Assembly (NCBI GenBank): GCA_018896875.1 | Contig: JAHILT010000017.1 | Location: 1-52,494, forward strand | Source: Patescibacteria group bacterium | Lineage (GTDB): Bacteria > Patescibacteriota > Minisyncoccia > UBA6257 > 02-FULL-45-10c | DNA: 52,494 bases | Direction of reading: 5' to 3' | Part shown: positions 1 to 8,606 of the stretch, in pieces | How the letters are laid out: each line of letters starts with the position of its first letter | How positions within the stretch are numbered: the stretch's first letter is position 1 | The notes under the pieces: generated by a model | What the model saw: only the letters and a program-made list of their open reading frames with translations | Told to the model about the DNA's origin: nothing | Database searches by the model: none | Made by a program: the position numbers and the translations under genes

Positions 1-119
1 AAATTATTTTTTTGCGACTTATTCATTAATTTTATAGCATTTAAATATTTATATATTATCAGTCTTTGTTATGTGGGGGATTCATTTATTATTTTGATTA
101 TACCATTTTATAAATTTCC

Positions 120-989
120 CTACATTCTTTCCGCTAAACTCTTAAAACCAAGCTCTTCAAAATACTTTTTTAACTCCTCCTTATTAAAACCATCAAATTT
201 AGCGTCGTTTAAAGAAATTCCTAGGGGATAATCTCGTTTTATAGTAGCTAATTTTTTAGACAAAAATGCATTATCTTCTGATTGTACTAATTTTTCTTTC
301 AAAGTTTTACTAGGAATTAATTCAATATTTTCATAAATTCCTTCAATTGTCCTAAACTCTAAAATAAGCCCACTTGCTGTTTTGGAACCAACACCTCTTA
401 CTCCTGGAATATTATCAGAAGAATCACCCATTAAAGCCTTATAATCTACTAATTGCTCAGGAGAAAATCCATAGTCTTGTAAAAATAAAGACTCATTATA
501 AGTTATAGTTTTACTTACTCCTGTCCTCAACATTTCCACTACAACCTTATCTTTATCAATCAGCTGTAAATTATCTTTGTCTCCAGAAAATATAACTATT
601 TTCCCTTCAGCAAAATCGATATCTTGTTTAAATTTTTCAGCCAAAATACCGATAATGTCATCTGCTTCTAATCCAGCCTTCTCCACGACCTTAACTCCGA
701 ACCTATCAAAAACTTCATGAGATTTAATTATTTGCGAAATTAATTCATCTACCGCTGGTTTCCTATGAGCCTTATATTCTTTAAACATTTCCTTTCTAAA
801 GGTTGGCTCTGGGCGATCAAAAGCTGCCACTATATAAGCTGGATTATGATCACGCAAAATCTTAAGAAGCATTGTGCAAAGACCATAAACAGCATTAACA
901 GGCTCTCCCCTTAATGAAGTTAAAGTAGGCAAGGCATGAAAAGACCTATGAATTAAAGAATTTGCGTCTATTAAAAGAAATTTATTCAT
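120..989 (-). CDS. Stand-alone 5'-3' exonuclease / flap endonuclease (PolA N-terminal domain only)
   Basis: LLIDANSLIHRSFHA, FD..PTFR, YKAHR, EADDIIG, SGDKD and H3TH motif ALMGDSSDNIPGVRGVG; ends at 289 aa with no polymerase domain. Confidence 0.93.
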   Translation of the reverse strand: MNKFLLIDANSLIHRSFHALPTLTSLRGEPVNAVYGLCTMLLKILRDHNPAYIVAAFDRPEPTFRKEMFKEYKAHRKPAVDELISQIIKSHEVFDRFGVKVVEKAGLEADDIIGILAEKFKQDIDFAEGKIVIFSGDKDNLQLIDKDKVVVEMLRTGVSKTITYNESLFLQDYGFSPEQLVDYKALMGDSSDNIPGVRGVGSKTASGLILEFRTIEGIYENIELIPSKTLKEKLVQSEDNAFLSKKLATIKRDYPLGISLNDAKFDGFNKEELKKYFEELGFKSLAERM

Positions 990-1438
990 AATATGTTTAT
1001 TATACGCTCTTTTTCATTTTCTCCATGTTTAAAATCAATCCAAACAGTATTTTTTGGCAAAATCTTTTTTATTTTTTCTGGCCATTCAATTAAAACAATA
1101 TTTCTAGATTTGCCAGCTAGCGGATTAATTATTTTTTTAAACCCTAAGTCTACAATTTCTTTTGATTTCTGAATTCTGTATAAATCAAAATGATATACAA
1201 AATAGTCTTTATCTTTAATCTTATATTTGCGATAAATCACGAATGTAGGACTAGGAATATGACTTTTTACACCAAGAGCCTTAATAAATCCTTGAACAAA
1301 AGCCGTCTTGCCAGACCCTAATTCTCCAGAAAGAGCAATCACAATAGTCTTTTGAGAACAAATTGTCTCTTTCAATACTACTTTCGAAAACTCTGTCGCT
1401 AATTTTTGAGTTTGAATTTTTGATTTAGATAAAAACAT
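986..1438 (-). CDS. tsaE: tRNA t6A biosynthesis ATPase TsaE
   Basis: GELGSGKT Walker A, SPTF, HFDLYR and LIEWPE motifs. Confidence 0.95.
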   Translation of the reverse strand: MFLSKSKIQTQKLATEFSKVVLKETICSQKTIVIALSGELGSGKTAFVQGFIKALGVKSHIPSPTFVIYRKYKIKDKDYFVYHFDLYRIQKSKEIVDLGFKKIINPLAGKSRNIVLIEWPEKIKKILPKNTVWIDFKHGENEKERIINIL

Positions 1439-1456
1439 AATCAGAACAAATTATTA

Positions 1457-1939
1457 TTAAAATAAATTCTCGCCTCTTTTCTTTTCTAATTGCAGAATAA
1501 CATAAACCATTGTTAATCCTAAAATAAAAGCTATTAGAAAATCCGTAAAAAACACCATCTTTATAGGTCTTAATACTTCTTGATTTAAAACCCCAACACT
1601 TTCAAAATCCTTCCTATAAGTCTCTATTTTTTGATTCATTATAATTCTTCCTTCTTCGGCCTTCCCATTATAAATTAATTCATCAATTAATTTGCCTTCT
1701 GAATTAAAAAGAAAAATTTCTTCTCCATTGTTATTCAAAATAATCTTTGTTTTTGAATAAAATAAAATTATTTCTTCTTTTGACTTAATTTCACCACTTA
1801 AACTAAAAACTTTATCGGAAGTGTCTTTAATTTTCCATCCTGATAAATTAACAGTGTTGTCTGTATCATTTAAAATTTTAATATATTCGCCTTCTTTGTC
1901 CAATCCGACCGGATTGGGTAAAAATTCTTTAATTATCAT
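1457..1939 (-). CDS. Lamin-tail-domain protein with C-terminal membrane anchor
   Basis: IIKEFLPNP.G.D..GEYI.I.N.....VNLSGWKIKD and LNNNGEEIFL motifs; hydrophobic C-terminal helix. Confidence 0.8.
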   Translation of the reverse strand: MIIKEFLPNPVGLDKEGEYIKILNDTDNTVNLSGWKIKDTSDKVFSLSGEIKSKEEIILFYSKTKIILNNNGEEIFLFNSEGKLIDELIYNGKAEEGRIIMNQKIETYRKDFESVGVLNQEVLRPIKMVFFTDFLIAFILGLTMVYVILQLEKKRGENLF

Positions 1940-3305
1940 TATTTAATTTTTTAATGATTTTATTTTTTTCTAAATTTCCAATTTTAGTTTTCTTAACAAA
2001 AGTTTTCATTTTTTCAATTGTAAAATCATAAGTAGAACAATCAACTGGATACGGTGTAGAATCTTTTCCTCCATGAGCAAAACTATAACGAGCTGGATCT
2101 TCATAAGACGGATTAGCGCCATAAATTACTTCTCCTACTAATGCCAAGGCGCGCATTGTTTTTGGTCCAACTCCTTGTAAAGAAAGTAAATTTTCATAAT
2201 TTTCCGGCTTAGCATCGCATGCTTTCCATAAAATTTTTTCCAAATATTTACTTTTGCTAAAATCTTCTTTAATAGCTGGATGTGTTTTAAATTCTGTATT
2301 TTCTAAATTAAGTAATGTTAACTGATTTTTATTAATTTTAAACTTAGCCATTTGGCTTAAACTAGAGCTATGTTTGCGAAGTAATTGAATATCTTTTATT
2401 AATGTTTTATAACCACCACCAACTAAATCTGTGCTTAACTTTCTAGTCTTATCGCTTTCTTTAGCAACTAAATTTAAAACTGTTTCAGAATTCTCTCCAC
2501 CAACCTGCGAAATTCCCGAATGTGGCTCACACACAAAGTCAAATTCCTTTGACTTTGTCGCAAATTTCGCTGACTTTAAGCTGACTTCACTGACAATATT
2601 ATGTCCGCATTGGTTGTTTTTAGTCTGCGTAGTCCGCATATAGTCTGCGTTAGTCTGTGCCTGGGAGGAATACCAATGATATCTCCTAGCTGTTTGATTT
2701 TCTAAATTCATTCCTTGTTGAACAACTGCCCATGAACCACTAGTTAAAAGTTTGTCATTGCGAGGAGTCTGCGACGTGGCAATCTCATCGAATCTAGATT
2801 GCTTCGCTTTACTCGCAATGACAGATGATTTATTTTTATTTCCAAGCGAGAAAAAGAAAGAATGATGATAAATAGAATAATTGTCTTGTACTAAAGAACT
2901 ATCCACCTTAGCACTCATTTTGGAATTATAAATTAAAGCATTAGTTCTTTTTTCATTAAGACCTAATCTGTTTCCCCAGTTGGTAATTTCACTAGGAACC
3001 TTTAATGAAGTCTTGCCTTTTCCTCCACAAATAAAAATTCCTAACTCACGCTCTCGTCCACGGATAGCTTCTTTAAGAGCAGCCGTGAGAATAGTCGTAA
3101 GCCCAGAAGCATTCCAATCAAAAGCCAAAACTGTTCCTAAGGATTGAAACCAAACAGGATCAGCAATTCTTTTCACAAACTCGTCCGGACCCTCTTCGGC
3201 AATAATCACTTCCATCATTTCCCTACCTAAAAACACCATCCTATCAAAAAGCCATTTAGGACATTTCCCATAGTCAAGCGTGAACGTCGCAATACCTCTG
3301 TGCAT
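1929..3305 (-). CDS. DUF763 family protein carrying two repeat-derived in-frame insertions
   Basis: DPVWFQSLGTVLAFDWNASGLTT, GGKGK, KVDSSLVQD, WAVVQQGM, RRYHW, GVGPKTMRALAL, FAHGGKD. Confidence 0.88.
   Translation of the reverse strand: MHRGIATFTLDYGKCPKWLFDRMVFLGREMMEVIIAEEGPDEFVKRIADPVWFQSLGTVLAFDWNASGLTTILTAALKEAIRGRERELGIFICGGKGKTSLKVPSEITNWGNRLGLNEKRTNALIYNSKMSAKVDSSLVQDNYSIYHHSFFFSLGNKNKSSVIASKAKQSRFDEIATSQTPRNDKLLTSGSWAVVQQGMNLENQTARRYHWYSSQAQTNADYMRTTQTKNNQCGHNIVSEVSLKSAKFATKSKEFDFVCEPHSGISQVGGENSETVLNLVAKESDKTRKLSTDLVGGGYKTLIKDIQLLRKHSSSLSQMAKFKINKNQLTLLNLENTEFKTHPAIKEDFSKSKYLEKILWKACDAKPENYENLLSLQGVGPKTMRALALVGEVIYGANPSYEDPARYSFAHGGKDSTPYPVDCSTYDFTIEKMKTFVKKTKIGNLEKNKIIKKLNNDN
2753..2823. 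repeat. REP/RPE-like palindromic element inside DUF763 CDS
   Basis: 12-bp perfect terminal arms TGTCATTGCGAG / CTCGCAATGACA plus inner GCAATCT / AGATTGC stem. Confidence 0.8.
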
Positions 3306-3347
3306 AAAAATATATTTTTATAGTTAATAAATTATAATCTAAAGTAA

Positions 3348-3444
3348 ACCCCCTCACCTATCAAAGTAAATACTTATTGCCATAAACCAGCTGTTAAATA
3401 AAAAGAATATTACAATTTACTTTATAAATAATAGGTGTGGGGGT
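3348..3444. repeat. Solo CCCACAC-family inverted-repeat element
   Basis: ACCCCCTCACCTAT ... ATAGGTGTGGGGGT with inner AAAGTAAAT/ATTTACTTT arms. Confidence 0.65.
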
Positions 3445-3624
3445 GAATGTTGCTATATCTCGTTGCATAATAGTAGTTAGCCACTAGCGATTAGCGACTA
3501 GTAAATCAATATACTAAAATTCTAACACCACTAAATAAAAATACGAGTTTTTTAGCTTATATTTGTTTTCAATTATACCCTAAAATATTCGCCTTAAGCG
3601 AATATTCATTCGGACGAACAATAT

Positions 3625-3659
3625 ATTCCCAACGCCTCAATTTATGAGGCGTTGGGAAT
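3625..3659. repeat. Perfect 15-bp-arm hairpin
   Basis: ATTCCCAACGCCTCA attta TGAGGCGTTGGGAAT. Confidence 0.7.
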
Positions 3660-3723
3660 TTACGTGTTTTATTTAATCTCACGCGTGAGACCAAAAGTTT
3701 AAAAAAATAGCTCGATAATTTTT

Positions 3724-3810
3724 TTGACAATTTTAATAATTAGTGCTAATATATTAAATATTAAGGCTAAGAACCTTGAAAATTGAATAAAATCTAGAAA
3801 AAGGAGGTGA
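3724..3810 (+). promoter_or_regulatory. sigma70 promoter (extended -10), boxA-like motif and strong SD; module copy 1
   Basis: TTGACA 3724-3729, 17-bp spacer, TGc-TAATAT 3747-3752, GAACCTTGAAAATTGAATA 3771-3789, AAGGAGGTGA 3801-3810. Confidence 0.75.
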
Positions 3811-3814
3811 AAAG

Positions 3815-3946
3815 ATGAAAAACTTAGACATTACTTATTACAATGGTCTTGATGATGACGATGATGATGAAATGACCGAAGACCCATACGATGAAGATTC
3901 GGGTCCAGACAGCTCATCAACAACCGTCGGAAAAGACCCTGGATAA
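3815..3946 (+). CDS. Unannotated 43-aa highly acidic peptide MKNLDITYYNGLDDDDDDEMTEDPYDEDSGPDSSSTTVGKDPG
   Basis: ATG 4 nt after AAGGAGGTGA, own promoter upstream and terminator downstream. Confidence 0.75.
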   Translation: MKNLDITYYNGLDDDDDDEMTEDPYDEDSGPDSSSTTVGKDPG

Positions 3947-3954
3947 TAAGATAA

Positions 3955-4002
3955 CAAAAAAAGCGGAGAAATATTAATTAAATTTTAATTCTCCGCTTTT
4001 TT
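3955..4002. terminator. Bidirectional intrinsic terminator
   Basis: AAAAAAGCGGAGAA ... TTCTCCGCTTTTTT between convergent genes. Confidence 0.75.
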
Positions 4003-4105
4003 ATTTACCTCATGACTTTTTAAAAAAAATTGTCATTATACCAACTTGTGCTACTGGTCGAAAACACATGAATTTATTTCTAATATTATAATATTATTAG
4101 CAAAA

Positions 4106-5332
4106 TTATTCTTTTGGCATTAAAACATTCAAATATAAATTATCTTCATTGAAATATTTATCAATTAGTAATTTAATTTTATCCAAACTTATCGCCTCTA
4201 TTCTCCGTCTAGCCTCTTCATATCCCATCGGCTTTCCTAAATAAACCATATCTTTTGAAGCCTTGATAACAGTGTTAAACGGACTCTCAAATGCAAAGGA
4301 TAAACTGCCGATAGCTCTCTGTTTGGTATGATTAAATCTATTCTTATTTTGTTTGGTTTTTTCTATAATATCTAGAACAATTTTCCTAATTTCATTATAA
4401 TCTTTAAAGCTTGTACTCATAGAAATAGAGAATAATCCTTGATCAATTCCGACATTATAAGAAGAATTAATAGAATAAACTAAATTCCTTTTTACTCGGA
4501 ATTCCTGGAATAATGGCGACGCCATTCCACTAGACAACATATCAGATAAAAAATATAAAGCTATTTTATCTTCTAAGGATGGAGGTTGAATAAAAAAACT
4601 CAATCTAATCTTCATCTGCTTAAAATCTTTTATATTAATAAATTCTTTTTGAATAGGTCTAGAAAATTCATTAGAAATTAAGGAATGCTCAACATTATTT
4701 GTATATTGAAAATGTTGATTAAAAATATTTACAACTTTATCGCAATCAATATTACCAACAACAAAAAAGACATAATTATTTACTCCATAAAATTTTTTAT
4801 GAAAATTAATTAAATCCACTACGCTTAGATTTTGAATACTTTCTTCTGTGCCTAAAACTGAATGAGCCATAGGATGATTGCCAAAAAGATTTTTATAAGA
4901 TAACCTCCAGAAATAACTATCTGGATTATCATTACTTTTGTTAATCTCCTCAAAAATAACCTTTTTTTCAGCAACTAAATCACTTTCTCTAAGTAAGGGT
5001 TTTTCAAGAATTTCATATAACCAATTAACTGATCTTTCTAATTCATAATCTGGAAGTTTATTCCAGAAAAATGTTCTATCCTTACTAGTAGAAGCATTTT
5101 TAAATCCACCAACCTCTTCAATATAGCTTGATAAAGAAAGTGGATTAGGAAAATTTTTAGTTCCTTTAAATGGCATATGCTCTAAGGCGTGAGCAATACC
5201 AAAATTTTTTTCTAATAATTCATCTCTGGAACCAACTCTAATTAACGCTCCACAAACAACTGATTTTAAACTATTCATGGGCATCATATAAAGAGATGCT
5301 CCGTTTTTCATTTTGGTTTCAATAAATTCCAT
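4106..5332 (-). CDS. M16 (pitrilysin/insulinase) family zinc peptidase
   Basis: GSRDE, inverted zinc motif HALEH, NAST, EKKVIFEE, LFQEFR.KRNLVYS. Confidence 0.92.
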   Translation of the reverse strand: MEFIETKMKNGASLYMMPMNSLKSVVCGALIRVGSRDELLEKNFGIAHALEHMPFKGTKNFPNPLSLSSYIEEVGGFKNASTSKDRTFFWNKLPDYELERSVNWLYEILEKPLLRESDLVAEKKVIFEEINKSNDNPDSYFWRLSYKNLFGNHPMAHSVLGTEESIQNLSVVDLINFHKKFYGVNNYVFFVVGNIDCDKVVNIFNQHFQYTNNVEHSLISNEFSRPIQKEFINIKDFKQMKIRLSFFIQPPSLEDKIALYFLSDMLSSGMASPLFQEFRVKRNLVYSINSSYNVGIDQGLFSISMSTSFKDYNEIRKIVLDIIEKTKQNKNRFNHTKQRAIGSLSFAFESPFNTVIKASKDMVYLGKPMGYEEARRRIEAISLDKIKLLIDKYFNEDNLYLNVLMPKE

Positions 5333-5500
5333 AAAAAAATTATAACATAGATTTTGAAAAAAATTATCAAAAAAATAAATAACAAAAATTTAATATATTC
5401 CTAATAGCTCGCATATTGAGCCGTTAAAAATTTATGTATTTTGATGGTTTTCCTTTGGTTTTACGCGTGAGACCAGCGGAGTTTAAATATATTGACTTCG

Positions 5501-5527
5501 TATGAACGACCTCCGAGGTCGTTCATA
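5501..5527. repeat. Perfect palindrome with 13-bp arms
   Basis: TATGAACGACCTC c GAGGTCGTTCATA. Confidence 0.7.
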
Positions 5528-5585
5528 TATGTGCTTGCTCCTGTGTGGCGGAGCAACGAAATTAAAAAAATAGCTCAATACTTTT

Positions 5586-5666
5586 TTGACAATTTAGATA
5601 ATTAATGCTAACATATTAGGTATTAAGGTTGAGAACTTTAAAAATTGAATAAAATCTGAAAGGAGG
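5586..5666 (+). promoter_or_regulatory. sigma70 promoter, boxA-like motif and SD; module copy 2
   Basis: TTGACA 5586-5591, 17 bp, TGc-TAACAT 5609-5614, GAACTTTAAAAATTGAATA 5633-5651, AGGAGG 5661-5666; near-identical to 3701-3810. Confidence 0.75.
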
Positions 5667-5671
5667 AAATT

Positions 5672-6373
5672 ATGAAAAGAATATTTGGGGTTATCGCCGT
5701 GGCGATTATTTTCTGGTCAGTCTTTATTTTATTGGTTAATGCTCAAGAGGTTGTATCCACCGATACCAATAAGGTTGAAATTAAAAACCTTATTACGTCC
5801 ACGGATACTCTTGGAACAGAACAAATTGTCATTTCAAATCCAAAATTCAGTGTTTCGATAGGATTGGGAAATGGCTACAACATAAAAGAAAAGGACTTCG
5901 GAAAGCTTGGTTATGATAATAGCCCTGTTTCTTCAATTAGAGTTGGATATTCTCCTTGGAAATACATAGAGATAGAAGGAGAAAGTTCTAAGGCTAGCAG
6001 TTTTACAGATAATAGAGAAAACGCTAGCTGGATAGTTGAAAATAAATTCAGTATAACCACATTAACTCTGAACCTTAAAATTGGACTGCCGATAAGAATA
6101 GGAAAGGTATCTTTTGAACCTTATATTACTAAAGGAGTCGGCACAGCAAAATCAAAATATGTTCATAGGTTTAAGGGGTGGTACGAAAGAAATGATTCTT
6201 ATTCTTCCTCTAAGAAGTGTTCAAAAATAGGCGGGGGTATTGAAGTTAAGTTATATAAAGACCTCTTTCTATTTTATGAAATTACTCATTGGAAATGGAA
6301 GATAAACGTTGATGAAAAAGATTATTTATTCACTCATTCAGCAACTTTGATTGGGTTGAGTAAAAAATTCTAA
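5672..6373 (+). CDS. Secreted protein resembling an 8-stranded outer-membrane beta-barrel (OmpA-TM/OmpW-like porin family)
   Basis: Signal peptide (VNA-Q); alternating beta patterns RVGY, YIEIEGE, FEPYITKGVG, IGGGIEVKL; C-terminal Phe (GLSKKF). Confidence 0.6.
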   Translation: MKRIFGVIAVAIIFWSVFILLVNAQEVVSTDTNKVEIKNLITSTDTLGTEQIVISNPKFSVSIGLGNGYNIKEKDFGKLGYDNSPVSSIRVGYSPWKYIEIEGESSKASSFTDNRENASWIVENKFSITTLTLNLKIGLPIRIGKVSFEPYITKGVGTAKSKYVHRFKGWYERNDSYSSSKKCSKIGGGIEVKLYKDLFLFYEITHWKWKINVDEKDYLFTHSATLIGLSKKF

Positions 6374-6379
6374 AACAAC

Positions 6380-6412
6380 AAAAAACCCGCGTTTTTTCAA
6401 AAACGCGGGTTT
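6380..6412. terminator. Bidirectional intrinsic terminator
   Basis: AAAACCCGCGTTTTT tc AAAAACGCGGGTTTT. Confidence 0.8.
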
Positions 6413-6430
6413 TCTATTTTAGAATTAAAT

Positions 6431-8008
6431 TTATTTACACTTATGATCCTCACACCCCTTCCATTTACATTCTCCACAAGGCCAATCATTACCACAAGCA
6501 TCAGTTATATCCCCACATTCCCAATTATTATTACTACATTTTTGATCAACCCAAGCTTGATTACAAGTAGATATATTAGGGACGCATATATTGCTAAGAC
6601 ACATAAAACCATCTGTATATGAACAAGAATAAGTACCTTGCGCTGATCGCTCGGGTTTATTCAAACAATTTTCGGCTGTTTGTGTAAATATACCGCATCG
6701 CGTTGCTGGGTCTGGTTTCCAGTCAGGAGTACAAATTCCCTCTATAATTTGAGTAGTGCCACAATTATCTGTCATAACTTGCTTACCATAAATCTGCGAA
6801 GCAGTAACTGTTTCTGGGGCAAACGGTTCCCATTCTCGAGAAACACAACTTACATCAATACTATTTTCAGTTATTTCAGTCCATTTTTCTTCACCATTTT
6901 CCATTTTTGTAATCGCAAAATTATATTTTCCTTTTTCTATATCAATTAAATTACATTGTTGAGGAAGAAGTTCACCATTTTCATCTCTACCATTTATCCA
7001 GCCTTCTTCTGAATCATAACTGTGAATAGTAAAACAATAAATCTTCTCTCCATCTTCTTTCATTAACATTAATTGAGCCCCAATTAAAGAATTAGAACTA
7101 TTAATTTTAGTTATTGAAATAAACCCATTATTTCCAGCCAATGATGGAGCACCTATGGTTAAATCTTCTGCTGTCGGAGGCATGATTCTAAATAAAGGAC
7201 TTTTTGAGCCAGAAAGCATAGTCATTTGACCATCAGGATTAGTAACTCTAATATCCCAATCGCCATATACTGTATCATCAAGAGGGCAAGCGCCTGTAAG
7301 GGTATGTCCATCATTACTAACAATAAAAGTATTTTCTCCATTTTGATTCTCGCAACGAATTTCTCTAATATCCACATCAGGATTATTATTTATCAAATCA
7401 ACTATTGCCTCTTGAATAAAGCCAGCCCCAGTTAGAGTGATAGGATAAAGATTTGTCGCCCCTTTTACAAAAGAATTATAATTTTCTCCTTCAAAACTTA
7501 TCCAACCAACACTTTCACTCCAAGCATAACCAGAAATACTGCCACTACTATGAACTCTTGCACCATATTTAATATCATCTTCAAGATCATCATTAAATAA
7601 ATGTATCCAACTATTATCAATTAAAATTTTCGCCCAACCAGTCAAAGGCATTGCGTTAGTAAATTGCTTATTCCAATCATTTATTCTAGCTTCACATTCA
7701 CCAAAAGGACAATTATCTAAATCAGATTGGTCAAAACTTATCCACCCCATTCTTTCGCTCCAAGCATAACCAGATAAAACACCATCATTATCAGCTACTA
7801 CTTTATAATTAGAAGCTTCGCAATGCTGACTATTCTCACAATTAAAACTAATCCAACCAATATTGTTGTTCCAACCATAGCCAACTAATTCATTGTCTAA
7901 AATCTCGCCTTCCTGACTTCTAGATATATTTGAATAAAAAACAAACGAATAGGAAATTAGTCCCAAGAAAATAATAAAAAATATTATTAAATGTATCCTT
8001 TTGGTCAT
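6431..8008 (-). CDS. Exported cell-surface protein with GYAWS..GWISF repeats and Cys-rich C-terminus
   Basis: N-terminal TM; three G(Y)(A/G)W...GWISF repeats; IPT-like WDIRVTNPDGQ; many C-terminal Cys. Confidence 0.75.
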   Translation of the reverse strand: MTKRIHLIIFFIIFLGLISYSFVFYSNISRSQEGEILDNELVGYGWNNNIGWISFNCENSQHCEASNYKVVADNDGVLSGYAWSERMGWISFDQSDLDNCPFGECEARINDWNKQFTNAMPLTGWAKILIDNSWIHLFNDDLEDDIKYGARVHSSGSISGYAWSESVGWISFEGENYNSFVKGATNLYPITLTGAGFIQEAIVDLINNNPDVDIREIRCENQNGENTFIVSNDGHTLTGACPLDDTVYGDWDIRVTNPDGQMTMLSGSKSPLFRIMPPTAEDLTIGAPSLAGNNGFISITKINSSNSLIGAQLMLMKEDGEKIYCFTIHSYDSEEGWINGRDENGELLPQQCNLIDIEKGKYNFAITKMENGEEKWTEITENSIDVSCVSREWEPFAPETVTASQIYGKQVMTDNCGTTQIIEGICTPDWKPDPATRCGIFTQTAENCLNKPERSAQGTYSCSYTDGFMCLSNICVPNISTCNQAWVDQKCSNNNWECGDITDACGNDWPCGECKWKGCEDHKCK

Positions 8009-8016
8009 TTATTTAA

Positions 8017-8586
8017 TTAATTAAACGGATTTTCTCCTTCTGGCCAAACTTTTTTGGTAACCAAAATTTCTGAAGCAAGGAAAGACGGCTCAGCATAATT
8101 TTCTATAAGCAACGGCACTATTGATAATCTATCCTCAGAAGCCAAGTCATCAATAGTCAAAGATTCGCCAAGACTATTGATAATTTTTGTATCTTTCCCA
8201 ATTATAATATGTCTAATTTCAACAGGTGTTTGAGGAGGTAATTGATTTCCAAGTTTTTCAATAACTTCATTCCCAAACATTAAATAACCAATTACGGTAA
8301 TAGCATGATCTTCTTTATTTTTAGAAATAAAATATCCGTCAAAACTACTAAAATCTTCAGCCGTATAATTCCCAAAAATATTAATTCCCTCCACTACCTT
8401 AGAAGAAGACTCTGAGCTTGAAAGCGCTTTAACTGCCACTATTTTTTGTTCGCTTAAAGCGCTAGTTTTTTCTTCAGATAATTTTAATTTTTGCGAAATT
8501 GCTAAATAACAGAAAGTTAAAATAACCAACCAAACAGCCATAACGCTTACTGATAAAATAAATATTTTTGAATTTTTGTTTTCCAT
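8017..8586 (-). CDS. Membrane-anchored hypothetical protein
   Basis: N-terminal TM helix; operonic spacing with neighbours. Confidence 0.7.
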   Translation of the reverse strand: MENKNSKIFILSVSVMAVWLVILTFCYLAISQKLKLSEEKTSALSEQKIVAVKALSSSESSSKVVEGINIFGNYTAEDFSSFDGYFISKNKEDHAITVIGYLMFGNEVIEKLGNQLPPQTPVEIRHIIIGKDTKIINSLGESLTIDDLASEDRLSIVPLLIENYAEPSFLASEILVTKKVWPEGENPFN

Positions 8587-8606
8587 TTTATTTTTTAATT
8601 TATTTA

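Noticed and set aside
120-989. Frameshifted or truncated polA pseudogene
   Set aside because: The ORF ends at the natural domain boundary (ELGFKSL) with a clean stop, and no polymerase continuation is visible in the remaining 119 bp; stand-alone 5'-3' exonucleases are common.
3815-5332. RiPP biosynthetic cluster (peptide plus M16 peptidase)
   Set aside because: No radical SAM, ATP-grasp, YcaO, PqqD or transporter gene is nearby, and the two genes are convergent; kept only as a weak hypothesis.
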